The notes below the pieces were generated by a model that ran no database searches, was not told the origin of the DNA, and worked only from the letters and a program-made list of their open reading frames with translations. A stretch of 64,000 bases of DNA, from NCBI RefSeq assembly GCF_902652985.1, contig NC_047020.1:14322001-14386000 (forward strand). The letters are read 5' to 3'. Source of the stretch: Pecten maximus. Its lineage: Eukaryota. The position numbers and the translations under genes are program-made. Position 1 is the first letter of the stretch; each line of letters starts with the position of its first letter. This document shows positions 37,478 through 50,000 of the stretch, one piece after another.

Positions 37478-38009
37478 TTTTGTTCAATGTCTGACACCGC
37501 CTTTGTAAGCCATTTAGCATGTATACAGGTACGGTAAATACAATTCAGTATGGCCAGACACCGATATCACATGATTGAATCAAATGACTTTTCTTGTACT
37601 GTCACATGACTCTCATAAACAAAATGGCTTCCAACATGGGAAAATCGCCGATCTGTTAGACAATCTAACTTCATTCGCGAATTTAAAGTCATTATGAGAT
37701 CGGAATTCGCAAAATTATGTATTCGCGAATAAGTCAAATTAGGTGAGTTCGTGAAATTAAGTACTCGCGAAATATAAGTGATTTACAGTATATCCCATGA
37801 ATTCTCTCTCCATTCAACGTATATATTTATAGACAATATAATACATGTATAATCCTTACTATTGTTTATAGTATGCAAGTATTGGCTTAGTTATTGCTCG
37901 AGATATTTGCAATTGCTTTATGCTAGATTGATAAAAAGACAATTGATCTGATTATAATGAAAAAGAATGATCAAAATGATTACCAGGTAGTAAATATTTA
38001 TTTGGACAG

Positions 38010-38182
38010 CTATCTCCTGGGCTGAATTTGTATGCACTGTGGTGGTATGGTGCTGTTTTTGTTGTGGAGAACACTACAAGTGACCAGTACGGACAGGTCA
38101 AGTGTGACACGTCCAGCAGCTCCTATCTGATCTCTACACGCGGTAGCTTCGTCACCATGGACTGTGTTCCACCTAAACACAG
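38010..38182 (+). CDS. CAPN15: Calpain-15-like exon 11
   Basis: FVVEN...VKCDTSSSSYLISTRGSFVTMDCVPPKHR (SOL-homology domain). Confidence 0.92.
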
Positions 38183-39030
38183 GTACGTCAAACCCTGTAT
38201 TCCTCAGTGGACTGTACAAAATCCACACGAGTAAACATGGCGAGTCATGAATACAACACAAATCACACATTTATAACCGCACGTATTTCAATATTCATAT
38301 TACGTATATTTTAATACGTGTTTGATAACGGTACGTACTCTAAGTATTATAATTTTATACATGTACACTCCACACACAGAAAAAAAACAGAGTTATGTGA
38401 TTTGAAAAACATCACCAGATGGTGACGAATTGATTACAACAAGATGAAACACATACCAAAATAATGTACTAAAATTATTACGAAAATTTGACACATCATT
38501 AAGTATGATAAGATCACACATAATGATTATAAACAGAACATAATTCATATCATTTGACAATTGAGATTAAGGTGTGAATTTGATAGAACAGTGATAACAA
38601 ATGTCATTGCCGAAAAAAAATTAATAAGATCATACACAAGGATTATAAGAAAAGTATTATCCCTTTCATCCTACAATTGGGATTTAGTCCGGGGTTTTGA
38701 TGAGTTTCATGCATTTTTTTTTAATAAATGTTGCTGAAATATTTTGCATATCCTCACACTAATGGGTGGTTATCTAATCCAATCCGAAACTCTGTTTCAG
38801 TGACGTCATAGATTACCCCGTAAAGGGAAATAACTCGTACAGTCAAATGGGCAAACTACTAGATATATACATATAAGTGTCCAAACATAATATTAGCTAT
38901 ATATATATAGCTTGTAAATAAATACATTTGAACCTGTAAAAATTGATTAAAGTTAGAAAGTTATAATGGTGTATTGTAATATTGTACAATTACATCCATA
39001 CTTGTCATGATGTTATAAATCTCATTACAA

Positions 39031-39214
39031 ACAGGTGGTACAGGTATTGACTCCTCTGGAGCCGGTTACTGGTTGGTCAACTAACCGGTCAATGCAGTAT
39101 CTGTTATCCCCAACCTCTGGACTGTACCGGGAATGGCGGGCTCCAGACGGAGTGTTACACATACCTGATATAACAACCGACGTCGCTGCTCTACACAGTC
39201 CACAGCAGTTCTGA
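39031..39214 (+). CDS. CAPN15: Calpain-15-like last coding exon (acceptor reads AA, not AG)
   Basis: QVVQVLTPLE...HIPDITTDVAALHSPQQF* matches the SOL C-terminus; AATAAA at 39237-39242. Confidence 0.8.
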
Positions 39215-42200
39215 GAGAAGGCTCGTGAACATTCATAATAAAATCAAACCAGAAACTTAAATAATCACAGATCCGGATTTAACATAAAAACACGGAATTT
39301 ATATTATCACTAAAGTATTAATTCTTACCGCATGTGAGTTTATACCATGTTTCTTTAAAATTAGTAAAGAAAATGTGTAACAACTCTAACCATATTTCAA
39401 ACATAAATAACAGTAAACATGAAATATGGTGAAGAAAATATGAGACCAATGAAATATCTAGCACAATGAAGGCCAAGTAACTGACGAATTTGTTTATGAT
39501 TCAAAATGCAAAATTTCAGAAGCATACATGTATCACTTCCTAGTATTACCTTTCTAACTATATTGATTATGATTATTTTGAACTTTTGTACATGATCTTA
39601 TATAGATACTCTTTATTCTGGTATTGTTGAGTGTCTAACGGAATCTCAGCTAAATGACTTATTGTTTAAATCAAATATTGTGTTAGATGTGTACCAGCAT
39701 AGACATTTATAGTTTGATATTGATTAATAATGATAATAAAATAGCCTAGTATATGTCTTCAAAAATAAAGCCAAGGTACGGGAAAGTCATGTAGCAGAAA
39801 TATGTATACAAGTGCTGTATATTAAGTTTTCTCTTGTCTATATCTTTTCGATTAATTAATCAACGAACATCATATCGATATTTCCGTAGAATAAACATAC
39901 ACAACTATCAATCAGCAAAGCTGTCAAATCTTATTCGGTGTGGTTCGAGCTGTTACGGAACTATTCCGTCATCCACTGTTCGAAACGTACAACTTACGAA
40001 CAGCCATCACCACATATTGACAGAAGGCGTACCGGGTAGATATCAAATAAGGTTCTATATAACTATAAAGATGAACTCATTTAAATTTTCGTGATGTTAT
40101 ATTTAGATAAAATTATTGTCATCTAAATCAGAATAATTTAACTTATGTGAAATCAAAAGCCTGGTAAAGTTCTGGAGTGTGAAATCTCCAGCTAGGAAAT
40201 GTTATATGTCAACATCCGATGAAGTCAAGGCATGGCTATGCGTAAGTCGAGTGTTTCGAACTTTATTTCTATAATTCAATATAAAACTATAAATGTCTGT
40301 GTTATGAGTAACATGTGGTTTAAGCTAAATAAGTCCAAGTCAAACGTACATCAGCTAGTCGCCAGTCTCTACAATTAGACCTAACCTTATATATATATAT
40401 ATATATATATATTATATGACGTTTTTCTTTTTAATCAAATTCTCCTTTTTCGTTCTGTTTTCATTCCATTTTGCTTTATTAGCTAAACTTCTGACAATTC
40501 TGTACAGCGACAGGCTATCCTGGATTCACTATATGCCTGACATCATTGGCGATATTTCATTATCCATGCATACCTGATTAAATTGCTTTGCAACGCAATA
40601 AGTATTGATTTTGCGTTAATTGGATTAGAATTAGACTTCAAAGTACTGTGTATGAAAAATGCATGTTTGTTTTTTAATTCGTCTTCTGGCTTATTTTTAA
40701 CTTTGCATAATGCAATACCCAACACATCTTGAATTGCTTTTTGACCTCGAGGTTGGGTACATATATATACAGAAAGGGACAGCATTTCGTCACGACTGCG
40801 ATTCGTGTACTAAAAGCCGTACAATGTTCACAGACATTTCCTTATTCAACTATTTATGATAACAAATGTGCTATTTCTATACGGTTTTCTGATTTCGTTT
40901 CTCATTCATAATTCGTGACATTTCGTGTTGTATTCGTAAACACTATTCCTGTGAAGTGTCATTTCAGTTATCAACAAAAGGAGGTCTTCAAGCTGCAGAT
41001 CTTAAAGTCCAATACCATACCAACTACAGAGTTCATTTGAGAAATTAAAATATGTACTGAAATTTGAAAACTGAATTATTCATTTGATTGGTTTAGGATT
41101 TGACTATTATGTGTCACATGAGGACTAATTACCAATACTGTTAATAAGCTATGCCTTTTTCTATTAAGAAATAAATAGAAGAGGAAAACTAATTAATTTT
41201 GCCAACAGAAGAAATGAAAAATGAGAAAAGCGACACTTGTAATAGGTACAGTACATTTATTATGCATACAATAGTATAATGGGATAGTTCTTAGGTTCAT
41301 ATCAATATATCGGCACTCACATTGATACCTATAACAATCATTTCCTTTTCTAATAATAACACTTGAATTTTCTAAACTATATAAATTGTTACCACAAAAT
41401 AGCGTTTTCTGGATATATCTTCATTCCTTCATCACAAGACAAAATCTCATAAACCAGCGATTCCAAAACGTAAATGAATAACATAATTTCAGATTTAGGA
41501 CAATATTTTTCTCATTTTCTTAATGAATTTGCATGCCTTAAGCTGTAAATACAATGCAATCAAGAAATATTGAATGTTCTATTTCAAACAAAGAAAAGAT
41601 AAAGAATATAAATAAGAAGTGAAATTCAGTATTGGTATAAACAATTGCTGGTTCGATGTCTACAATGTATCTTTTCATTACAAGCGGTATTATTTATGCT
41701 AGATGTAATATGACGATTACTAAGGGTGTGTGTATAGTTGGTTTGTGAGAGAAATAAAATGACATTGTGTATGTTGTTAATGTTTTTATTTTGAAATATA
41801 GATAAATATCTGTTATGACATGAATTGTTTTATTTCATTAACTAGAGGGTGACACCTGAAGGATGTCACAGATGGAATGAAGTGTAGTAAGGGGCGATAA
41901 CTCTGTGTGAGCATGATTTGTCAAAATCGCTCAATATCTAAGTTTCGACCAATAAAAATACTTTTTTTTGTTGGTTTAAACATTTAAATGGTTCATAATT
42001 ATAGTGACAAATAGGATTTGGGCACAAGTTTTCAAACTTATCGAGGCCTTCTCCTGAACATACATCAAACGTTTACAGTGAAGCAAGGCTGCATATTAGC
42101 TATAAATAAATTTGTGAATACTTTACAGTGAATTAGAATTACAATTACAATTTGACCTTGTTATCTAGAGCTCTCCTGATTGCTAGAAATGGGACTGAAA

Positions 42201-42521
42201 AAAGACTGTTGTTCGTAAAGGCAACAAAACCCATCAATTAAGTTAAATTTGCAGTTCCCATATAGCAAATCTAATTGAAATTGAACATTATATACATTTC
42301 GACCAATCAGAGGCCAGAAATTGGTGACCATTTTGTTTAAATGTGAAAGTGAGGCTACGAGAGCGACAAGTGTTCAATGATGTTCCTACATATCAAATTT
42401 CATCAAAATCGGACAATATCTAAATTTGAACCAAGCAGTGCTCAGTTGATGGCAGCGATTTTATTAAAATGAGAAAATCAGGTTACGAAAGTGACTGATT
42501 TCCCATGATGTACATAAAAAT

Positions 42522-43044
42522 AAACAAGGGCCCATTGGAGGGCCTTAACATACGCCCGCACAATATTTGACACTTGGAAGGGGGTAGTTTCACAGGTTGT
42601 AGTGCTCCGGCTCATCAACATGTATATTTGTGTCAAGTATGGAGAGCCTGGGTCAGGAAGTATTGGAGTTATGGTCCGGACAAGTAAAATCATCAATGGG
42701 GAATAACTCCGCAAATACGGGGATAAGGGACATGATTTTAGTATGGGACACTCCGGCTCATCAAGATGTATATTTGTGTCAAGTATGGAGAGCCTGGGTA
42801 AAGTAGTATTGGAGTTATGGTCAGGACAAGTAAAATCAGCAAAGGGGAATAACTCTGCAAGTACGGGGAAAAGGGGCATGATATTTATATGCGACACTCT
42901 AAGTCATCAAGATGTATATTTGTGTCAAGTATGGAGAGCCTGGGTCGAGAGTTATGGTCGGGACACCATATGTGCCCGCCCCCCCCCCCCCCCCCCGCCA
43001 AACATGATAACATTATAATGTACGTCGGGTCGGGGGTATAAAAA
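42522..43044 (-). mobile_element. HINE/DINE-1-like Helentron derivative with internal 146-bp tandem repeats
   Basis: Minus-strand start TTTTTATACCCCCG; matching subterminal repeat atacgcccg near 42550; terminal hairpin ggccc...gggcc plus CTTGTT; repeat units start at 42612, 42758, 42904. Confidence 0.75.
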
Positions 43045-43699
43045 TCACAAAAACAGGACAATATCTTAATTTGGAACAATTTCCTCACAATATAGGGATT
43101 AAATCAATTTCCTCACAATATAAGGATTAACTCAATCAGATGTAAATCTTCATGATTTTACAGGAATTAGCTCGCGCCAATTTCAATCTTGGAGTTAAAG
43201 TTAATAATTCATACTTGCGTGAGGAAAATCCAAATTTTTAGTATGTATGATAGAAGGAAATTTGTTTGTTTTTTTCCCCAAGCTATTTTAATAATATGCT
43301 ATTTCGAGAATTTCCATGAAGTTCAAAGTCATGATCAGTGTCATCCGTCGTCCATATCAAGCAAATAAGGAAATGTCTATTACATTTGTTTTATTTAAAC
43401 AGTTTGCAACTTCTTATAGTGTTTGGAATCACAATAAAGTTCTTGATCAATCGATCATCATAGTTTCTAAACAATCGATGATCAATTATTGATCGATCAT
43501 GAATAGAAAGAGAAATATCAATAATCACTACATTATAATTTATAATAAATAAATATCATGACCAACTGAGCAAGTTAATTCACTTTATTTTCCCTTGATT
43601 AAATTAGATGATTAGTAAGTTGATTCAATTAGCATCAATCCAATCCAAAGTTCTGGGCCTCTCATGTGTTGTTCAATGAAGTACATGTAGTTACCATTT

Positions 43700-44620
43700 G
43701 TATTAAGTTTAAATGAATTTTAAATCAAAATATTTAAAAAAATATATATATATTATATGTTTTCAGGCCCAAAGTAACTGAGTTTAACTTAATGTAACAT
43801 AATAATTCATAATATTTTAACATAAACTTGTCAGAACAGCTTTCTTGCACATTGTTTTCTTCGGTGTATGTGAGCGAAAGGTTTAAATATGTAGGTATGG
43901 TATTTGAGGCAAAGATATTTGAAAATCCAATAGTTTTCCTGTGTGCAGATGACATTTCGAAGACTATTTTGTAAAATTGTAATGGTTGAATTCTGGTTAC
44001 TCTGATTTTGTCAAATAATTTTCTATAATACAAATGTATATCATTTATAATAAGTTGAAATGAATTTTAAATCAAAATATTACAAAAGAAATAACATAAC
44101 ATGTTTTCACACCAAAATTAACTTAATTTAACATAATTTGACATAATAATTGACAATATTTTAGCATAAATTTGTCAGAACAGCTTTCTCGCACATTGTT
44201 TTCTTCAGTGTATGCGAGCGAAAGGTTTAAATATGTTGGTATGGTATTTGAGGCAAAGATATTTGAAAATCCACTAATTTTCGTGTGTACAGGTGACATT
44301 TCGAAGAATATTTTGCAAAATTGTGAGAGCTGAATTCTGGTAACACTGATATTGTCAAATAATTTTCTATAATGCCTTTTCTAATAAGTTGAAATGAACT
44401 TTCAGTCAAGATATTAAAATAAGCTACTGTACATAACATCTTTTCCCACCCAAAATTAACTTAATTTAACTTATTCAGTTAATGCAATCATAATAATTGA
44501 CAATATCTTAGCAACAAATTGTAAGAACAGCTTTCTTGCATTATACTTCTCTTCGTTGTGTGTAAGTGAAAGATTTAAATATGTTGTATGGTATTTGAAA
44601 CAAAGAATTTTAAAATTTAC
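43700..44620. repeat. ~340-bp tandem repeat, about 2.7 diverged copies
   Basis: aaatgaattttaaatcaaaatatt-like starts near 43711, 44058, 44392; shared agaacagctttct and ggtatttga blocks. Confidence 0.85.
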
Positions 44621-46697
44621 TATATTGATTTTGTTTATTTACATGTATGCAAAAGACGATATGATTTAACCTGTCCAAATGCACAGTCTCAATCAAGGGC
44701 ATGTTACAGACTTTAATTTCAAGTTGTAAACATTTAAATATAATAGACCTGTACTAGATACTATTTCATTAAAAATTTCAAAAATGAATTAATTGCAAAA
44801 AAAAAAGTTGTTGATAATGTAACGTGAAGCAAATAATTTGAATAGTTTGAACTGGTCTATCAAATCGTAAAATGTCACACAGGCTGACATTATTGAATAT
44901 TCCATGCAGGAAGTTTCCAGTCTGCAGTGTAGATGGTTTAATTTAAATAGTTTTCCAAATTAAATGAAATCTTAGTCATATTTAAGTCGCCTGCGTTCTA
45001 CATATGATTTTAGTGATTTGTATAATGTTCATCGATAATGCTAGTCTTTCTCGTGCGATTATATACTGTCAGTATAGGTAGCAAGACAGACGTGCCCGAG
45101 TAAGGCATCCCTTCACCGCGGGACTCTAGTAAGTCTATGTCAGTATATGATCGGTAAAAATCAAAAATTATATTTCATTTCTCTTTTCACAAAGTAATTC
45201 ATATATCAGAGAAGTTGCAAAGTAGTAGTCTTAGGTGTGCTCGTTCACGAGATAACCTAGTGTCTGAGAGAACATGCATATGGCTCTGTGTATATTCAAT
45301 TTGTCACCTCAATCTGGAGATTCCCGTTGGTATTTTTAGACGTAAACAAGCATCACTGGCGAGGCTATACAAATACACAGACTATCGAAATATTAATTCA
45401 AATCAATTAAATTTGGAGACAAAGTAGGCCTATCCCTTCAGTAAATAGCAAATAAACGGGAACTATTCTTCGTGCATATCTACCGTCGTTTGTTTATATC
45501 AACGTAAACAAACAAGTTTACTTACCGTCAGTAGCGTCAGCGTTATGCCTACGAGGCTTCGGGAATTTGCTTGACATTCTGAACGCTGGTTTGATTTTTC
45601 GCATGCATGTTTGTGAAAAGCGACATACAATGATCGTGACAAAGCATCTATATCCTGGAGCATTGCCTCTGATATTGAAAATAGCAATATATACTGGCAG
45701 TGACAGTAAACTTCAATCAACATGCGGCTTCCACAACAAACTTTCGTGACGAGTTCAGGATGGGCGTTACGTCATCAAAACATGCGATCGTCTGCTGTCA
45801 AAATACCCCTGTCGAATGGAAAAATACTGGGAGGGTCGAAAAAATAGGCCATTTTTAATACAATATTGTGACCGTTCTGATAAAGATATCGAAAACCTAA
45901 ACAGACGATTTTCTTCAGGAAACATTTATCTATGTATATGTGCATTGTATACGTTTCTGGATTTTTTTTTCGAATTTTGAGGGTGGTTTTAACAGAACCT
46001 CTTAGTCAAAATGACGATTTTGGCATGTTTGACCCAAAATATCTCATCAATACGAATTTCCACAGGGATACCAGTTACATCCAGACCTAGATGGAGCCGA
46101 GTTTTACAATGGTTCAAAAGCCCATCAAAATTGTATGTGTCATTTTTTCCACACCCAAATCGCTACAATAGCCGGCAAAAATCGCGAATTAGCTCGTACT
46201 ATCATTACGTTCCGTAAGGAACGATAACTCTAATGAGTTATCGCCCCTCACTACACTTCATTCTTTATTTTACTGCAGTTACAGAGTCATTATTTAACTC
46301 GCATATGCTTGTTTTATATAACATACGCACTCCAGTGCTATTCCTGTGACAAAACATATACATCTAACAAGTAACACAGTATATATGGATTTGTGTATAT
46401 AAAAAAGACAACAATTCAATTTCGATATGCAAATATGTTCAGTAGTACAATCATAGTTTCACGCTAAAGAACAATTAAGAATTTTTTTAGAAGAAATGAT
46501 TTTAATTGCGAACACCACAAGGTAAATTTATTCTAAAAACAACGTTAATGTTTATATTAAAACACACACATAAAAAATTGTCGTATAAGACAGTATCACA
46601 GGGACACTCACCATCAAATTCTTTGCATACGTTTAAGTGATAGAGTAAACAGGCAACCCAAGTGAATGCTTAGCTACGATATCGATAGTGTCGTGTC

Positions 46698-46908
46698 TGT
46701 GACGATAGTTATCGTATAAACTTTAACATAAATAATGGTCACCCCCATTCTGTATAATGAGTGCTCCCTTGTTGTGTACATGATAACTACGTCATCAGTT
46801 TGTGTGAGGACCATGCCTGTTTTACAATGTGAAGAATACACCGGCACCTGCCGACTGAAGTTATTAGCATCAAATCTGGTTGTCTATTCAAGCTTGAACG
46901 ACGCTACA
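46698..46908 (+). repeat. 5' LTR
   Basis: Identical by eye to 51417-51627. Confidence 0.97.
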
Positions 46909-46922
46909 TGGTGTCAGCAGTG
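46909..46922 (+). promoter_or_regulatory. Primer-binding site, tRNA-Leu type
   Basis: TGGTGTCAGCAGTG immediately after the 5' LTR. Confidence 0.8.
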
Positions 46923-47016
46923 TTTGGTAGGACTAGAACGTTCACACGAAGCGACATTATTAGAATTAATGTATAATAAGGACATATAGATCTCGTAAGA
47001 ATAACGAACTGTAAAC

Positions 47017-50000
47017 ATGGCCAACACTGGCAATAGCGCGCCCATTGTAGTTCAAGTACCTTCAAACCTCCCTGTACCAGCGGCATTGGAGTTGCGAGGC
47101 AATCTTTGCTCGAACTGGAAGAAATTCCGCCGAATTTGGGACAATTACGAAATTGCAAGCAGTCTAATCAATAAAACCAAGGAGCTGAGAACAGCTACGT
47201 TACTAACGTGCATAGGGCCCGACACGTTACAAATATACGATGGTCTTACGTTCGACAACAGCAGTGATAAGACTGACATAACCAAAGTGCTAGAGAAATT
47301 TGAAAGATTTTGCATAGGGCAAACAAATGAAACATATGAGCGGTATCTGTTCAACAACAGAGCACAGGACCAAGGGGAGACAATCGACGCATACGTAGCG
47401 GCATTAAGGTCACTAGCAAAAACATGCAATTACGGTACATTAGAAGAGAGTCTTATTAGGGATAGAATAGTCATGGGTGTCCGAGAAAACGCGACAAGAA
47501 AGAAACTGCTGCAAGATCAGTCTCTGACATTAAAAAAATGCATAGACATCTGTCGGTCTTTTGAGAAATCATTTCAACATATGAAAGACATAACTAGTGA
47601 GGAAGTTAAGGCATGTGGAAAGAAAGAAAGCAACCACTCTCAGTCACAGGAAAAAACACGGAACAGTGCAGGAACACACAAGAGACAGTCCCAGAAATCC
47701 ATGATAAGCTGTGATGCATGTGGTTTCCGTCATGATGAGGAGCGATGTCCAGCATGGGGAAAAGTATGTGCAGCTTGCGGGAAATTGAATCACTTCGCAA
47801 AAAAATGTAGGTCAAAACCTCGCCAAGGGTATGGGAATCAGAATAGGAGGAACAGACCAAAGGTATATCAGCTGGAGGAAGTGAATGAAAGCTCAGATGA
47901 AGAGTTTATATTTACGGTGCATAAGAAGGATGTAAACTCAATAAAACACGTTGGTCAGCCTAATAAGATTCACACTATCATTGACATAAATGGGGTGTTG
48001 GTAGAATGCCAGCTGGACAGTGGATCAACCGTCAATGTGTTGCCTAAATCAAAGTATTTACAAGTGTTTGATGACCCTCAATTGGAAAAGTTGTCAGAGA
48101 CGGACATGACCCTAGTGATGTTCAATCAATCAGAGATGACACCAGTTGGAGTCAGACGAGTGCAGGTCCGTAACCCGAAAAACCGGAAAAAATATTCAGT
48201 GGAATTTGTAGTTGTCGACCAAACAGTAAAGCCTATCCTAGGAGCACGTGTGATACAGGCCATGAATCTGATTACTGTGAATAAACATAACTTATATCCG
48301 AAAGCTGAGGCTCCGAAGGAGGAAGTCCTACAGGCATCAACAACCGACAACACCATGTTTGAAGGACTTGGGAAGTTAGCAGGCAAACTCCACCTCGAGG
48401 TAGACCCCACTGTGCCACCTACCAAAATACCAGTGAGACGAATACCAGTGTCATTGAAAGATAGGGTCCAGGACGAACTGATGCGACTAACAAACCTTGG
48501 TGTGATAACACCAGTTACCACCCCAACAGACTGGATTTCATCGATTGTGGTGGTTAAGAAGCACAATGGGAACTTGGGACTCTGTATTGATCCCAAACCG
48601 CTAAACAAAGCACTCAAGAGGAATAATTATGCGATGCCGACAATTGAGGACATTCTTCCAGAGCTAAACAAAGCACGACTGTTCTCTGTAGTGGATGCCA
48701 AGGACGGGTTCTGGCATATTGAGTTGGATGAGGAAAGCAGTTATTTGACGACATTTGGCACGCCATGGGGCCGTTATCGGTGGATAAGAATGCCTTTTGG
48801 TATCTCCCCAGCGCCAGAAGAGTTTCAACGTAGGCTGGATGAAGCACTGGAGGGTCTAGAGGGAACCAAGGCAATACATGATGACATCGTTGTGTTTGGA
48901 TGCGGTGACACTGACGCAGAGGCAAGGCAAGATCATGACCGGAAACTCCATGCTTTGTTCGACAGATGCCGCGAGAAGAATATCAAACTGAACAAGGAAA
49001 AATTAAAGCTTTGTCTAAGTTCTGTCACATACTTGGGCCACGTAATCTCAGAAAGAGGTTTAGAAATGGATCCGGCGAAGGTCAAGGCCATCACTGAGAT
49101 GCCCACTCCCAAGGACAAGGCAGGCATACAACGTCTACTGGGAATGATCAATTTTGTGCAAAAATTCGCACCACGGCTGTCTGAGCTGACTTCTCCTTTA
49201 CGCGACCTTTTGAAAAAGGACTCTGAGTTTGTTTGGGATGAGGCTGTACATGGCCAAGCATTTAGTGAGATAAAGGCAACACTATCCGACACTCCGGTGT
49301 TGAGGTATTTTGACCCAAAGAAACAGACAATATTACAGTGTGATGCATCGGAGTACGGGCTAGGAGCCTGCCTCCTCCAAGAAGGACACCCAGTGGGGTA
49401 TGCGTCAAGAGCGCTTACGGCTACCGAGTGCAACTACGCCCAGATCGAGAAGGAGCTGCTAGCTGTGGTTTTTGGAATGACAAAGTTTGAGCAGTACACA
49501 TATGGAAACAAAGTGATTGTCGAGTCTGATCACAAACCGTTGGAGATTATCCACAAGAAGAACTTGTTCAGCACTCCAAAGCGATTACAACGGATGCTAC
49601 TCAATCTACAGCGGTTTGACTATACAATTATCTACAAAAAAGGCACACACATGTACATGGCTGATACATTGAGCAGGGCATTTTTGCCGTCAACTGATGA
49701 AGAAAGGCGAAATATTAGTCACAACATAGAAGTGGAACAGGTAAATGGTGTAAAGCATCTGGCAGTATCACCCGAGACTTTGTGTAGGTTACAACGAGCC
49801 ACCAAAACTGATACCAATCTTGCAGAGCTAATGTGTGTCATTCGCAGGGGCTGGCCGGACAGCATGGAACAACTTTCTCTAGAAGTAAAAAAATACTTCC
49901 CATTTCGAGAGAAGCTAACGATCCAGAACGGGTTGGTCTTCAAGAACGACCGTGTCATAGTTCCATTCTCGGAGCGCCAAAACATGATAGAAAGGGCGCA

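Larger units (their letters stand above)
32171..37788. mobile_element. TA-flanked TIR element (MITE-type) split by a LINE insertion
   Basis: tactgtaaatcacttatatttcgcg (32169-32193) is the exact inverse of cgcgaaatataagtgatttacagta (37766-37790), terminal TA included. Confidence 0.85.
41842..46266 (-). mobile_element. Large non-autonomous Helentron/Helitron2-like element (composite)
   Basis: 29-bp inverted repeat 41875-41903 / 46235-46263 with 1 mismatch; hairpin gtgaca...tgtcac (41849-41869) followed by CTAG on the minus strand; hairpins at 46208-46243. Confidence 0.55.

Noticed and set aside
46735-46989. Duplicate MVTPILYNEC ORF (also at 51454)
   Set aside because: It is the LTR sequence present twice.
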